From assembly GCA_947311255.1 (NCBI GenBank), contig CAMZKL010000031.1, positions 28,024-92,023 of the forward strand: DNA of 64,000 nucleotides, read 5' to 3'. The position numbers were made by a program, and so were the translations under genes. Source of the DNA: an uncultured Chlorobiota bacterium (GTDB lineage: Bacteria > Bacteroidota > Bacteroidia > Bacteroidales > JAADGE01). Under the pieces are notes generated by a model that was given only the letters and a program-made list of their open reading frames with translations, had not been told where the DNA came from and made no database searches. Of the stretch, positions 18,095 through 29,325 are shown one piece after another (within the stretch, counting starts at the first letter, position 1; each line of letters begins with the position of its first letter).

Positions 18095-20038
18095 ATGATT
18101 TCAATAAATAATATTTCGATAGCTTTTAACGGCATCTCCTTACTAAAAGATATTTCTTTTGTTGTAAATAAAAAAGCAAGAATAGGTCTGACCGGAAAAA
18201 ACGGGGCAGGGAAAACTACCTTGCTAAAAATGATTAATGGAATACAAGAATATGATTCCGGAAAAATTTCTATTCCAACAGGAACTTCAATAGGTTATTT
18301 GCCACAAAAAATGCTTTATCCCGAAGGTAAAAATGTTATTGATGAAACTTTAACTGCTTTCAAAAAAATTAATTTAACAAAAGAAGAACTTAGGAAATTA
18401 AATCTTCAACTTTCAGAAAGAACTGATTATGAGAGTGATGTATACCTGAAAATAATAGAAAAGATTAACAAACTTGATGAATATTTAAACATTGCAGGAG
18501 GAAATACTATTCTTGCAGATACTGAAAAAACATTGAAGGGTCTTGGTTTTTTGCAAACAGACTTTACAAGAGATGTTGGAGAATTTAGCGGTGGTTGGAG
18601 AATGAGAATTGAACTTTCAAAAATATTGCTCCAAAAACCTGATTTATTGCTACTTGATGAACCTACAAATCATCTAGATATTGAGTCAATTGAGTGGTTA
18701 GAACAATTTTTGCAAACTTATGAAGGAGCAATAATAATGATTTCTCACGACAGAGTTTTCTTAGATAGCATCACAAAAAGGACTATTGAAATTGCAAACG
18801 GAAAAATATACGATTATAAAGCTGCTTACTCTAAATATGAAATACTTCGTAAAGAAAGAATTGAACAACAAATTGCTGCATACACAAACCAACAAAAAAT
18901 GATTCAAGAAACTGAAAAGTTTATTGAAAGATTTAGGTATAAAGCAACAAAAGCTGTTCAGGTTCAATCTAGAATTAAGCAGTTAGAAAAAGTTGAGCGT
19001 ATTGAAATTGACGAAACAGATGTTTCAAATCTTGGTTTTAAATTTCCTGAGTCCCCTCGTTCCGGTGATATTGTTATTGACATGGAAAACATGACAAAAA
19101 GATACACCGAAAAAGCAATATTAAAAAATATTTGGCTTACAATTGAAAGAGGTAAAAAGATTGCTTTTGTTGGAAAAAATGGCGAAGGAAAAACAACATT
19201 AGTGAGAGTTATCACAGGCGAATTAGATTATGAAGGAATAATTAAAATTGGGCATAATGTTAAAATAGGTTATTTCGCACAAAACCAAGAAAAAGAATTA
19301 GATGATAATAAAACAGTTTATGAAATATTGGATGATATAGCCGTAGGAGATGTTCGTTTAAAAATTAGAAGTATTTTAGGAAGTTTCTTATTTCGCGGAG
19401 AAGATATTGACAAAAAAGTTGAAGTTCTTTCAGGAGGTGAACGGTCTCGTTTGGCTTTGGCAAAATTAATGCTTGAACCATATAATTTACTAATTCTGGA
19501 TGAGCCTACAAATCATCTAGATATGCACTCAAAAGATGTTCTAAAAAATGCTCTAAAAAAATATGATGGAACAATTTTAGTTGTTTCTCACGATAGATAT
19601 TTTCTTGACGGACTAGTTGATGAAATTTATGAATTCGGAAATCAAAAAATTAAAAAACATGCAGGAGATATTATGCTTTTTATGAAGAAAAAAAGAATAG
19701 AAAATTTAAAATCTATTGAGAAAAATAAAATTACAAAAGCAACTAAAATAAATTTTGAAACATCTTCAAACAAAGAGTTATATCTTAAAAGAAAAGAAGC
19801 TGAGAAAGAAATCCGGAAAATTTCAAAAGAAATTGAAAAAACAGAAAAACGCATTGAAGAATTAGAAACAAGTATTAAAAAATCGGAAATAGAACTATCA
19901 TCAGGCAAAGAAATAACAGATGAATTGTTTTATGATAATTTTAGCAAAGCAAAAAAAGAAATTGAAGAAAAAATGTATGAGTGGGAAATTCTAACTGAGC
20001 AACTTTCCGAGAAGGAAGAAATTAAAAATCAACTATAG
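18095..20038 (+). CDS. ABC-F family ATPase (two ABC domains, C-terminal coiled coil)
   Basis: Two Walker A motifs (GKNGAGKTT, GKNGEGKTT) and two signature motifs (FSGGWRMR, LSGGERSR). No TM domain. Confidence 0.9.
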   Translation: MISINNISIAFNGISLLKDISFVVNKKARIGLTGKNGAGKTTLLKMINGIQEYDSGKISIPTGTSIGYLPQKMLYPEGKNVIDETLTAFKKINLTKEELRKLNLQLSERTDYESDVYLKIIEKINKLDEYLNIAGGNTILADTEKTLKGLGFLQTDFTRDVGEFSGGWRMRIELSKILLQKPDLLLLDEPTNHLDIESIEWLEQFLQTYEGAIIMISHDRVFLDSITKRTIEIANGKIYDYKAAYSKYEILRKERIEQQIAAYTNQQKMIQETEKFIERFRYKATKAVQVQSRIKQLEKVERIEIDETDVSNLGFKFPESPRSGDIVIDMENMTKRYTEKAILKNIWLTIERGKKIAFVGKNGEGKTTLVRVITGELDYEGIIKIGHNVKIGYFAQNQEKELDDNKTVYEILDDIAVGDVRLKIRSILGSFLFRGEDIDKKVEVLSGGERSRLALAKLMLEPYNLLILDEPTNHLDMHSKDVLKNALKKYDGTILVVSHDRYFLDGLVDEIYEFGNQKIKKHAGDIMLFMKKKRIENLKSIEKNKITKATKINFETSSNKELYLKRKEAEKEIRKISKEIEKTEKRIEELETSIKKSEIELSSGKEITDELFYDNFSKAKKEIEEKMYEWEILTEQLSEKEEIKNQL

Positions 20039-20098
20039 TTTATAAAATAAAAAACAATCATTACATTTGTAAAACTTCAAAAATTAAAATTTTAAAAA

Positions 20099-20650
20099 AT
20101 GGATATAAACAAACTTACACAAGAAAATAAAAAGTTTATTAGAACAATCTTCAATGAAATGCGAAAAAAAACAAACAGTTTTTCAATCGTAAGAGATTTT
20201 AATATGTCAAATGCTCAGATTTTTACTTTTTTAAGTATTGCACCAGCGGCATTTGCAGCAGCAAGTGATAATGTTCTTGACAATAATGAAATTGCCAAAA
20301 TCGAAAAACTCTCTCGTATGATTGATGTTAATTCAACCGTAAATCTTGAACTGATGGAAATGATGTCTATTGCCACAGAGCCTGAAAATATTATGAGTAA
20401 CGAAGAATTTAATATAAGAGCAGGTGCAGAATTATTATACTTAGCCAGAAATTTAACTAAGTTTGAAAATGATTTTATTTCTGCACTAAAAACATTACTT
20501 ATATTTGACCAAAGCCCTAAAAAACCAGGTTCTCTTACTTCATCTTTCATACACCTTATGGATTCAATGATTAATAATAATCTAAGTAAAAACAAAGGTA
20601 CTGAAATGATAAAGTTGAACGAGTTTAAAACTAGAATAGGTTTAAATTAA
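20099..20650 (+). CDS. hypothetical protein
   Basis: 183-aa ORF with no motif I can name. A TACATTTG box lies at 20062-20069. Confidence 0.45.
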   Translation: MDINKLTQENKKFIRTIFNEMRKKTNSFSIVRDFNMSNAQIFTFLSIAPAAFAAASDNVLDNNEIAKIEKLSRMIDVNSTVNLELMEMMSIATEPENIMSNEEFNIRAGAELLYLARNLTKFENDFISALKTLLIFDQSPKKPGSLTSSFIHLMDSMINNNLSKNKGTEMIKLNEFKTRIGLN

Positions 20651-20975
20651 AGAGTGCAATATAAAAAGGCAAAATGTACTATAATATTATTTTGTGTTCT
20701 TTTTAATTTGCTGGTAATAAGTTGTTTAATGACTTTCGTAGAATATCATATTTGTAATTTAAGTTGGAACATTGCAAACTAATGGAAAAACCTACAAGAA
20801 TTTTAATAAGTTTTCAAAACATTGAACGTAAAAACAAAAACTTTTTTAACTTTCATACTGCCTGCTACTGTGCTGTAAAACAGAACTTTATAATATAAGA
20901 TAATTTATATAACATAGAACCGAAACTTTTATTTAATATTTCTTATTTTCGCAATCTTAATTTTAAACAAAAAAA

Positions 20976-22214
20976 ATGTATCCTACTTTAAGTGAATTTA
21001 TAAAAGATATTTTTGGAATCGATATTCCACTACCAGTTCAATCATATGGACTTTTTGTTGCCCTTGCATTTCTTACCGGAATATGGATGATGGTACTAGA
21101 AATGAAACGTAAAGAAAAACAAGGACTATTAAAATCTTCTGAAAAAAAAGAATTTATTGGTGAACCGGCAAAACCCAAAGAATTAATAATTTCAGGGCTT
21201 ATTGGTTTTATAATTGGTTATAAATTGTTAGATGCTGTTTTACGATATTCAGTTTTTGTTGAAAACCCCGGAGATTTTATTTTATCAACAGAAGGAAATA
21301 TTTTGGGAGGACTTATTGTTGCTGCATTTTCAATTTACTCAACATGGAGAGATAAGAATAAGCAAAAATTAGAAACCCCAAAATGGATTACAAAAACTGT
21401 TTTTCCACACGAACAAGCAGGTCAAATATTATTTGTTGCAGGTATTTTCGGATTGCTTGGAGCAAAAATATTTCATAACTTGGAAAATTGGGATCAATTA
21501 GTTGCCGACCCTTGGGGTTCAATAATGACTTTCAGCGGATTATCATTTCTTGGAGGATTAATTCTTGCAGGATTAGCTCTTTATATTTATGCTAAAAGGA
21601 ATAACATTAACATTGTTCATTTTTTAGATGTTGCAGCAGTAGTTATGCCACTTGCCTATGCAATAGGGCGAATGGGGTGTCAAGTTGCAGGAGACGGTTG
21701 TTGGGGAATTTATAATGAAGCTTTTGCAACAGCAAATACAATTCCGGCTGCTGCCTATGACTTAGGTCATGTTGGGTCATTTATGCCACCTGATTGGTTA
21801 AGTTTTTTACCCGATTGGATGTTTGCATACAACTATCCTCACAATATTAATAATGAAGGAATATTAATGGCAAATTGTACATGGGAACATTGTCATGTTT
21901 TACCAGCTCCCGTATTTCCTACACCTTTCTATGAAACCACAATGATGCTTACATTATTTGCAGTTTTGTTTTATTTAAGAAAAAAAATAAGAATACCAGG
22001 AATGTTATTTGCAATCTATTTCACTTTTGCGGGCTTAGAACGTTTCTTAATTGAAAAAATAAGAGTAAATAATTTATATAAAATTGGTAGTTTGGAAATA
22101 ACACAAGCAGAAATTATTTCATCACTTATGATTATTGCAGGCATTATCATAATTGCTTTGTTATATAAGAATAAAGAAAAATTAATTGCGAAACATGGAA
22201 ATTCAGCAGTTTAA
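20976..22214 (+). CDS. lgt: prolipoprotein diacylglyceryl transferase (extended form)
   Basis: Polytopic protein with a GRMGCQVAGDGCWG motif resembling the Lgt signature. At 412 aa it is longer than typical Lgt proteins. Confidence 0.75.
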   Translation: MYPTLSEFIKDIFGIDIPLPVQSYGLFVALAFLTGIWMMVLEMKRKEKQGLLKSSEKKEFIGEPAKPKELIISGLIGFIIGYKLLDAVLRYSVFVENPGDFILSTEGNILGGLIVAAFSIYSTWRDKNKQKLETPKWITKTVFPHEQAGQILFVAGIFGLLGAKIFHNLENWDQLVADPWGSIMTFSGLSFLGGLILAGLALYIYAKRNNINIVHFLDVAAVVMPLAYAIGRMGCQVAGDGCWGIYNEAFATANTIPAAAYDLGHVGSFMPPDWLSFLPDWMFAYNYPHNINNEGILMANCTWEHCHVLPAPVFPTPFYETTMMLTLFAVLFYLRKKIRIPGMLFAIYFTFAGLERFLIEKIRVNNLYKIGSLEITQAEIISSLMIIAGIIIIALLYKNKEKLIAKHGNSAV

Positions 22215-22238
22215 AGCAGGTTAAGTAATAGTGAAGTT

Positions 22239-23033
22239 ATGCTAAACTACAAACAAATATGCTCACAAGTATCCAAACTTTCAAAAGAAGCAGGAAATTT
22301 CATAAGAAATGAAAAAGGAAAGATAAATTCTGAAAATATTGAAACAAAAAGTTTAAATTCTTTTGTAACATATGTTGATAAAAATGCTGAAAGGATTATA
22401 GTTGACTCACTAAAAAATATTCTACCGGAAGCAGGTTTTATTACCGAAGAAAAAACAGAAATAATTCAAGCTGAAAAATACAACTGGATTGTTGACCCTT
22501 TGGATGGAACAACAAATTTTATTCACGGATTAGAACCATTCTCAGTTAGCATAGCATTAAAAGAAAATGATAAAATTGTAGTAGGCGTTGTGTATGAGGT
22601 TGGAAAAGATGAATGTTTTTACGCCTATAAAAATTCCCCTGCATTTCTTAACGGCAGAGAAATAAATGTGTCCAAAAATAAAATACTCGCAAATTCACTT
22701 ATTGCAACAGGTTTTCCATATTACAACTACTCAAAAATACAAGCAATCCTAAAAAGTTTGGAATATTTTATGAAAAATACCAGAGGAATAAGACGCTTCG
22801 GATCTGCTGCAACAGATTTAGCTTATGTTGCCTGTGGCAGGTTTGATGCTTTTTACGAATACAGTTTAAATGCCTGGGATGTGGCAGCTGGTGCATTTAT
22901 TGTTCAACAAGCCGGCGGAAAAATTTCAGACTTCAAAAAAGGAGATAATTGGCTCTTTGGCAGTGAAATGATTGCAACAAATAATTTGGTTTATGATGAA
23001 TTTTCTGGTATTATTCAAAAGTTCTTAAAATAA
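22239..23033 (+). CDS. inositol monophosphatase family protein
   Basis: WIVDPLDGTTNF and WDVAAG motifs. Confidence 0.85.
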   Translation: MLNYKQICSQVSKLSKEAGNFIRNEKGKINSENIETKSLNSFVTYVDKNAERIIVDSLKNILPEAGFITEEKTEIIQAEKYNWIVDPLDGTTNFIHGLEPFSVSIALKENDKIVVGVVYEVGKDECFYAYKNSPAFLNGREINVSKNKILANSLIATGFPYYNYSKIQAILKSLEYFMKNTRGIRRFGSAATDLAYVACGRFDAFYEYSLNAWDVAAGAFIVQQAGGKISDFKKGDNWLFGSEMIATNNLVYDEFSGIIQKFLK

Positions 23034-23129
23034 ATGTATTAATTTGTGTCATTACAGTTTTAAAATAATATATTCATTTTTTTATCATTCAAGAAACTCT
23101 GGTATTTTAGAAAATAGATAATAAAAAGT

Positions 23130-24320
23130 GTGAAAAAAATAATTGTAGGATTATCAGGAGGTGTGGACTCAAGTGTCGCAGCATATCTGCTTAAAGAACA
23201 AGGATATGATGTTCATGCCATTTACATGATTAATTGGCACGATACCCAAGGAGTTATTGAAGGCTCATGTCCGAGCGATGACGATGTCCTTGTTGCACAA
23301 TTAGTTGCACGGAAATTAGGCATCCCTTTTCAAACAGTAGATTTTAGTGAACTCTACAAAAAACGAGTTGTTGATTATATGTTTTCGGAATATGAAAAAG
23401 GAAGAACTCCAAATCCGGATGTGCTTTGCAATAGAGAAATTAAATTTGATGTTTTTTTAGATAAAGCAGTTGAACTTGGAGCCGAACTTGTTGCAACAGG
23501 ACACTATTGCAGAAAAGAATCAATTGAAAAAGACGGAAAACTTATACACAGGCTTCTTGCAGGAATGGATAATAATAAAGACCAATCATACTTTTTATGC
23601 CAACTTTCTCAAAAGCAACTTTCAAAAGCTCTTTTCCCAATTGGAGAACTGCAAAAATCAAAAGTTAGAGAAATTGCTGATATGTTAGGACTTGCAAGTG
23701 CAAAGAAAAAAGACTCACAAGGCATTTGTTTTGTAGGTAAAGTTGATTTACCTACTTTTTTGCAACAAAAACTTACGTGTAAAACCGGTAATATTGTTTT
23801 AATTCCTGATGATTATTCAGAATTTAATAAAACAATGACTTATAAAGATTTAAACTTTCAATCTCAATTAGAATTATTGTCAGAACCATATTCTTATAAT
23901 TTAGAAGCAGGCAAAATTGTTGGAAAACATCAAGGTGCGCATTTCTATACAATTGGGCAAAGGAGAGGTTTAGGAATTGGAGGTCTAAAAGAACCACCTT
24001 TTGTACTTGGAATAGATGTTAAAAAAAATATAGTTTACATAGGCGAAGGAAAACAACATCCTGGGTTATTTCGCAAAGCGTTATTCCTATCAAAAAATGA
24101 AATTCATTGGGTTCGTCCGGATTTAGAACTTAATGTTAATAAATCACTTAAAATTTATGCAAGGATACGATATAGACAAACCTTGCAAGATGCAACTTTA
24201 TATATGACAAAAAAAGGTGCATATATTATTTTTGAAGAAGCCCAAAGAGGAATTACTTCTGGGCAATTTGCAGCTTTTTATTTAGAAGATGAATTAATCG
24301 GATCGGGAGTTATTTCCTAA
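23130..24320 (+). CDS. mnmA: tRNA 2-thiouridine(34) synthase
   Basis: GTG start, PP-loop VGLSGGVDSS and the DQSYFL motif. Confidence 0.9.
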   Translation: MKKIIVGLSGGVDSSVAAYLLKEQGYDVHAIYMINWHDTQGVIEGSCPSDDDVLVAQLVARKLGIPFQTVDFSELYKKRVVDYMFSEYEKGRTPNPDVLCNREIKFDVFLDKAVELGAELVATGHYCRKESIEKDGKLIHRLLAGMDNNKDQSYFLCQLSQKQLSKALFPIGELQKSKVREIADMLGLASAKKKDSQGICFVGKVDLPTFLQQKLTCKTGNIVLIPDDYSEFNKTMTYKDLNFQSQLELLSEPYSYNLEAGKIVGKHQGAHFYTIGQRRGLGIGGLKEPPFVLGIDVKKNIVYIGEGKQHPGLFRKALFLSKNEIHWVRPDLELNVNKSLKIYARIRYRQTLQDATLYMTKKGAYIIFEEAQRGITSGQFAAFYLEDELIGSGVIS

Positions 24321-24395
24321 TTTAAACCTTTTGGTGTTTTTTTACCCCAAAAGAGGTTATGGATTTATACATGTTAATATTCCAATTGCTAAAAA

Positions 24396-24653
24396 CTACT
24401 CGAAAATTTTATATTTTGTAACATTCTTTAATTTATCAGCATCTTTTTTTAAATCTTTGATATTATCAACCATTTCTTTACTTTCGTCAGACATTTCTTT
24501 TTTTATATCATCTGCTGCATCTTTAAATTGTTTAATGCCTTTTCCTAGCATTCTTGCAATTTCAGGTAATTTTTTTGAACCGAAAAGTAAAACAACAGCT
24601 AACAAGATGAAAATTATTTCACCACCGCTTATAAATAAAATTATTGATTGCAT
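24396..24653 (-). CDS. tatA: twin-arginine translocase TatA/E subunit
   Basis: An 85-aa single TM segment followed by an amphipathic helix (LLFGSKKLPEIARMLGKGIKQFK). Confidence 0.85.
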   Translation of the reverse strand: MQSIILFISGGEIIFILLAVVLLFGSKKLPEIARMLGKGIKQFKDAADDIKKEMSDESKEMVDNIKDLKKDADKLKNVTKYKIFE

Positions 24654-24677
24654 CTAATTTGTTTTTTCCAAAATTAC

Positions 24678-24714
24678 AAAAAAAATAAGCCTTGAAAAAA
24701 TTTTCAAGGCTTAT
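24678..24714 (-). terminator. intrinsic terminator after secDF
   Basis: Stem taagccttga / tcaaggctta, followed by a U-run in the minus sense. Confidence 0.7.
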
Positions 24715-24739
24715 TTTAAAATATTTATTTTAAGAAGAG

Positions 24740-27700
24740 CTAATTATTTTTTTTCTTTTTTTTTCCTCCAAGATATTCTCTGTTTTTCTTTTTATATATT
24801 GCTTCTTTTATTTTTTCTTTCTCTTTCTTAACAGTATCAAAAACAACAGGAGTTGCAATAAATATAGATGAGTATGTTCCAACAACAACACCAACTAACA
24901 TTGCAAAGATAAATCCTTGAAGAGCTTCTCCTCCAAAAAGAAATATTGCAAGTAGCACTATAAATGTACTAATAGAAGTACTAAAAGTACGACTAAGTGT
25001 ACTGTTTAATGCTTCATTATAAACATTTTTTCTTTCTCTTGTTTTGCTAAATTGCATATATTCTCTTATTCGGTCAAAAACAACAACAGTATCATTTACA
25101 GAATATCCAACAACTGTTAAAATTGCAGCAATAAATGCTTGGTTAATTTCCATAGAGAAAGGCATGAAGTTGTATAATAATGAAAATAATCCGATTACAA
25201 TAAGTACATCATGGGCTAAGGCTGATATTGCACCCAATCCAAATTGCCAGTTTCTGAAACGTAAGAATATGTATAAGAAAATTGCAATTAATGAGAAAAA
25301 TACAGCCCAAAGTGCCATGACCTTAATGTCATCTGCAATAGTAGGTCCAACTTTTATAGAGCTTTTTTTACCAAGAACTATATCGTCAGAGTCACTTTCT
25401 TTTGTCTTTCTAAAATTTCCGTCTTCATTAACATATCCTTCCAAGAATAAATCTTGACTTACACCTTTTTGTATGAAATTACCAGCAATAAGCCCTTCAT
25501 ATAATTTTTGTTCGGCAATATTGTCAGCATTTTCAATAGAACTGTTTATCAAATATTTAGTTATGATTTTAACCTGTTTCTTATTTCCATAATTTTTTAC
25601 CTCCGGAGATTGTTCAAAAGCAGTTGACAAACTTTTTGCAATTTTAGAAGTATTAACTTCCTTATCAAATTGAATTGTATATGTTCGACCACCTTGGAAG
25701 TCAACTCCAAGATTCAAGCCTCTTGTTACTAATGAAAATAAACCAACAGCAATTAATGTTCCTGAAATAATATAAGCAATTTTTCTTTTTCCTATAAAAT
25801 CAATATTAATGTTTTTAAAAGCATTTTTTGTCATTTTTGTATAGAAAGAAATGCTTTTTCCTTTTGCTAATTTGCTTGAGAAAATTAATCTAGTAATAAA
25901 AATTGCTGAAAATAGTGAAGTTAAAATACCAATTATCAAAGTAGTTGCAAAACCCTTAATAGGCCCATGTCCAAATATAAATAAAATAATTGCAGTAATT
26001 AATGTGGTAATGTTTGCATCAATAATTGCAGAATATGCTTGTTTGTATCCATCTGTTAAAGCAAGTTTAAGTCCTTTTCCAAGTGCAAGTTCTTCTTTTA
26101 TACGTTCAAAAATAAGAACATTTGCATCAACGGACATACCAATTGTTAAAACAATACCTGCAATACCGGGAAGAGTTAATACTGCACGAAGTGAAGCCAA
26201 CACACCAAATATTAAAAATACGTTTACAACCAATGCAATATCTGCAACAACACCAGCAGATTTATAGAAGAAAACCATATACACCAATACTATTAAGAAT
26301 GCAATAATAAATGATAACATTCCGTTTTCAACTGCTTTTTGCCCAAGAGATGCCCCAACAACAGCTTCTTCAATAATGTGTGCAGGTGCTTGCAATTTAC
26401 CTGATTTTAAAATATTTGCAAGGTCAGATGCCTCATCATGACTAAAATTACCTGAAATAGAAGAACTTCCTCCTGTAATTTGAGAGTTTACGTTTGGAGC
26501 AGAATATACATAACCATCAAGAACAATTGCTACTTGATTTCCAATGTTTTCCCCTGTTATAATAGCCCATTTGCTTGATGCTTCTGCATTCATAGACATT
26601 GAAACTTCCCATTCTCCTGTATTTGGGTCGGTTTGTGCTCTTGCTTGAACAACAACATCTCCCTCTAAAGATGGTTTTCCTGCTCTTTTTGATTTTAAAG
26701 CAATTAATTGAAAATATGTATCTTGTTTGTCTTTATCTTTCATTTCCATAGCTTTAATTTCCCATCTTAAAACTAATTCTTTTGGAAAAATAGACTTTAT
26801 TTGTCTTGAATTTAAGATTCTGTTAACCTCAGCAGTATCCTTAAAATGAGCATATCCAACAGTTGCAGAATTAATAGGTTGATTATTACCATCTACATAA
26901 GGAGTTAAAATTGCAAATAAAGGATTTTGTTTTTTAAACTCTTCAAAACCTTCTTTTTCTTTTAACGCATTATTAATACTGTCTTTAAGAATTAAAGGAT
27001 TCTCATTTTGAAGAGAATCATTTAAAAGTAATAAATTTTCAGATTCAGTTGTATCTTGGTTTATATTTCCTTCAATATCAGACAGTAAGTTATCTTCTGT
27101 TTTTGTTGTGTCTTTTTTAACACTGTTTAATTCGCGTAATTTTGTATTTGCTTGAAAGAAATATTGATATATTTCCGGAAAATCATATGTTTCCCAAAAT
27201 TGGAGGTTTGCTGTTCCTTGTAAAAGTTTTCTTACACGTTTTGGTTCTTTTACACCAGGAAGTTCAATTAAAATTCTTCCCGAGTTACCTTCTAATTTTT
27301 GAATAGTAGGTTGAACAACTCCAAACTTATCAATTCTCGAACGAAGAACATTTAATGAATTATCAATTGCATCTTGTGCCTCTTGTCTAATAATTTTTAA
27401 AACATCATCATCTGAGGTGCTATTATTAATTCTATCTTTTAAACTGTAGGTTGCAAAAACTTTATTTAACATCAAGTCAGGATTTATTTCCTTAAATGCA
27501 GTATAAAATAAAGTAATAAAATCGTCTTGCGAATTTGCTTGATCTTTTTTTGCTTTTTTAATTGCTTGAATAAATGTTTCGTTTGTGCTTTTTTCAGAAA
27601 GATTCTCAATTAATTCAGCAACAGAAACTTCCAAAATAACATTCATCCCTCCTTTAAGGTCAAGACCCATGTTAATTTCTCTTTCTTGGCACTCTTTAAA

Positions 27701-27895
27701 AGTGTATTTAGGAAATGGATACGCTTGATTGTTTGAAACTGAATCAAGGTAATGTCTTTCTTTGTCAAAATCACCTCCGGAATATTCCTGGGCAGCAGAT
27801 TTTACACGCCAAGTTGCATAAGTAAATGACAACTGATAAATACTTGCCAAAGCCAAAATAATGGCAAGAAAAGTTATAACTCCTTTGTTTTGCAT
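24740..27895 (-). CDS. secDF: protein translocase subunit SecDF (fused)
   Basis: 1051 aa. There are two 6-TM blocks, each with a periplasmic domain, as in the Bacteroidota SecD-SecF fusion. Confidence 0.9.
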   Translation of the reverse strand: MQNKGVITFLAIILALASIYQLSFTYATWRVKSAAQEYSGGDFDKERHYLDSVSNNQAYPFPKYTFKECQEREINMGLDLKGGMNVILEVSVAELIENLSEKSTNETFIQAIKKAKKDQANSQDDFITLFYTAFKEINPDLMLNKVFATYSLKDRINNSTSDDDVLKIIRQEAQDAIDNSLNVLRSRIDKFGVVQPTIQKLEGNSGRILIELPGVKEPKRVRKLLQGTANLQFWETYDFPEIYQYFFQANTKLRELNSVKKDTTKTEDNLLSDIEGNINQDTTESENLLLLNDSLQNENPLILKDSINNALKEKEGFEEFKKQNPLFAILTPYVDGNNQPINSATVGYAHFKDTAEVNRILNSRQIKSIFPKELVLRWEIKAMEMKDKDKQDTYFQLIALKSKRAGKPSLEGDVVVQARAQTDPNTGEWEVSMSMNAEASSKWAIITGENIGNQVAIVLDGYVYSAPNVNSQITGGSSSISGNFSHDEASDLANILKSGKLQAPAHIIEEAVVGASLGQKAVENGMLSFIIAFLIVLVYMVFFYKSAGVVADIALVVNVFLIFGVLASLRAVLTLPGIAGIVLTIGMSVDANVLIFERIKEELALGKGLKLALTDGYKQAYSAIIDANITTLITAIILFIFGHGPIKGFATTLIIGILTSLFSAIFITRLIFSSKLAKGKSISFYTKMTKNAFKNINIDFIGKRKIAYIISGTLIAVGLFSLVTRGLNLGVDFQGGRTYTIQFDKEVNTSKIAKSLSTAFEQSPEVKNYGNKKQVKIITKYLINSSIENADNIAEQKLYEGLIAGNFIQKGVSQDLFLEGYVNEDGNFRKTKESDSDDIVLGKKSSIKVGPTIADDIKVMALWAVFFSLIAIFLYIFLRFRNWQFGLGAISALAHDVLIVIGLFSLLYNFMPFSMEINQAFIAAILTVVGYSVNDTVVVFDRIREYMQFSKTRERKNVYNEALNSTLSRTFSTSISTFIVLLAIFLFGGEALQGFIFAMLVGVVVGTYSSIFIATPVVFDTVKKEKEKIKEAIYKKKNREYLGGKKKKKNN

Positions 27896-27941
27896 ATCTT
27901 AATATTCTTTTTTGTTAATCAAATTCTAATTTTCAGGGGTG

Positions 27942-27949
27942 CAAAGATA
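27942..27949 (-). promoter_or_regulatory. candidate -7 box (TATCTTTG) for secDF
   Basis: The reverse complement of caaagata matches TAnnTTTG, 47 nt upstream of the ATG at 27895. Confidence 0.4.
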
Positions 27950-28156
27950 TTGTTTTTTTTTTAATAAAGAAGTAATTTTTTTCTGTGTCTTTTTTTATTA
28001 ATTTTAATGACCACATAGGAACACATAAATATGAACCTTTTTTTACATATTAATTTGTGAAATATAATTAGTTATTTATCTTATTATTAATTATTTATAT
28101 TAGTAGTTTTATAACTAATATTAGTAAGCAAAAAGAGGACTAATTGTTAAGGAAAT

Positions 28157-28531
28157 CTAACATATTTTATTGAAAAAACCATTAAATTTTAAGAAAATAG
28201 TTTCTTCATAATATATTTGGGCTATAACTTTATATCCCCCATCATCACTTTCAGAATATTTTATATTAAAATTCAGTTTTGGATTTATATTCGGAATAAT
28301 CATTGAACTAAATTTTATGCTTCTTGCTTTGGATACAAAGAATTCAAGTTCTAAGTGGTCTGCAAGTGTTTCATTAATCATTTGAACACTAACAACACCT
28401 GGTACAACAGGATTCTCTGGGAAATGTCCTTTATAAATATCATGTTTAACATTTAGTTCAATTTCTTTTAAAATTTCATTTTCGGAAATTTGTGTTGAAT
28501 TGATGATGTTGAAGAAATTATTTAAAAGCAT
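28157..28531 (-). CDS. FabA/FabZ-like hotdog-fold dehydratase family protein
   Basis: 124 aa with an HFPENPVVPGV motif. Confidence 0.65.
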   Translation of the reverse strand: MLLNNFFNIINSTQISENEILKEIELNVKHDIYKGHFPENPVVPGVVSVQMINETLADHLELEFFVSKARSIKFSSMIIPNINPKLNFNIKYSESDDGGYKVIAQIYYEETIFLKFNGFFNKIC

Positions 28532-29325
28532 TTTTTAAGTCTAAAATAGTTTTTTACAAAACTAATAAAAATATCATTGTAGTTCAACTAATCTTTTAAT
28601 TTACTGACAAAGAAAAAGGCAGGCTAATTAAATAGTTTAAAATCAATAAATTGTAAAATCAACAAAGACATTTTTTTTGTCTCCGACTTTATTAATTCCG
28701 ACTTAAGTCGCGGGGTATAAATACCTATATATATAAGTTGTGTGCGACTGGGTGAAATCGATGAATGAACATTTCAGTTTAATTGAAATTAGATTTGAAT
28801 TGCTCACTCAAACCGAATAAAATTGATAATCCGAAAGTTAAGTTCTTTATAGCGAAACTAATCGCCGAAATTGAATTTACTTGAATGAATATTGAAGTAG
28901 AAATGAAAATCATTTTTTGAGAAGTTGGTTGTTTAATTGAATGGAATTTGATTTTTTGCGGAGTTTTAGCGAAAAAAAATGAGTGGATAAATTGAGATTT
29001 TGAGAAGTGAATTTAGGACTGTGATTAGGGCAAAACTTTTGAAATTTAATCGAATATGAAAGTGTTGAATTGAAATAAATTGTAACGAATTTTGCAATTT
29101 TCCGTGCTTGAAAAAAATTGTGCGGATTTGAATTTTAAAAAGTTTGGAATTTAATGAAAGTGCTAAATTCAATGGCTTGCGAATGACATATTTTGCCGTG
29201 TGTCTGCTTCACACCGAATTGAATTCTCTCGAATTAAATTCTCTAACAAGAAAAAGATGATTGATTGATTTTTACTTGCCTGATGAGAAAAGATTACAAT
29301 GATTGAAAGTCGCCGACACACAACA

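Noticed and set aside
24331-24657. 108-aa + strand ORF
   Set aside because: It is antisense to a clear TatA gene (24396-24653).
28012-28024. Exact 13-mer CACATAGGAACAC shared between 28012-28024 and 60665-60677, both upstream of minus-strand genes
   Set aside because: My rough estimate is that a single shared 13-mer is expected by chance many times in 64 kb on two strands. The flanks are only vaguely similar.
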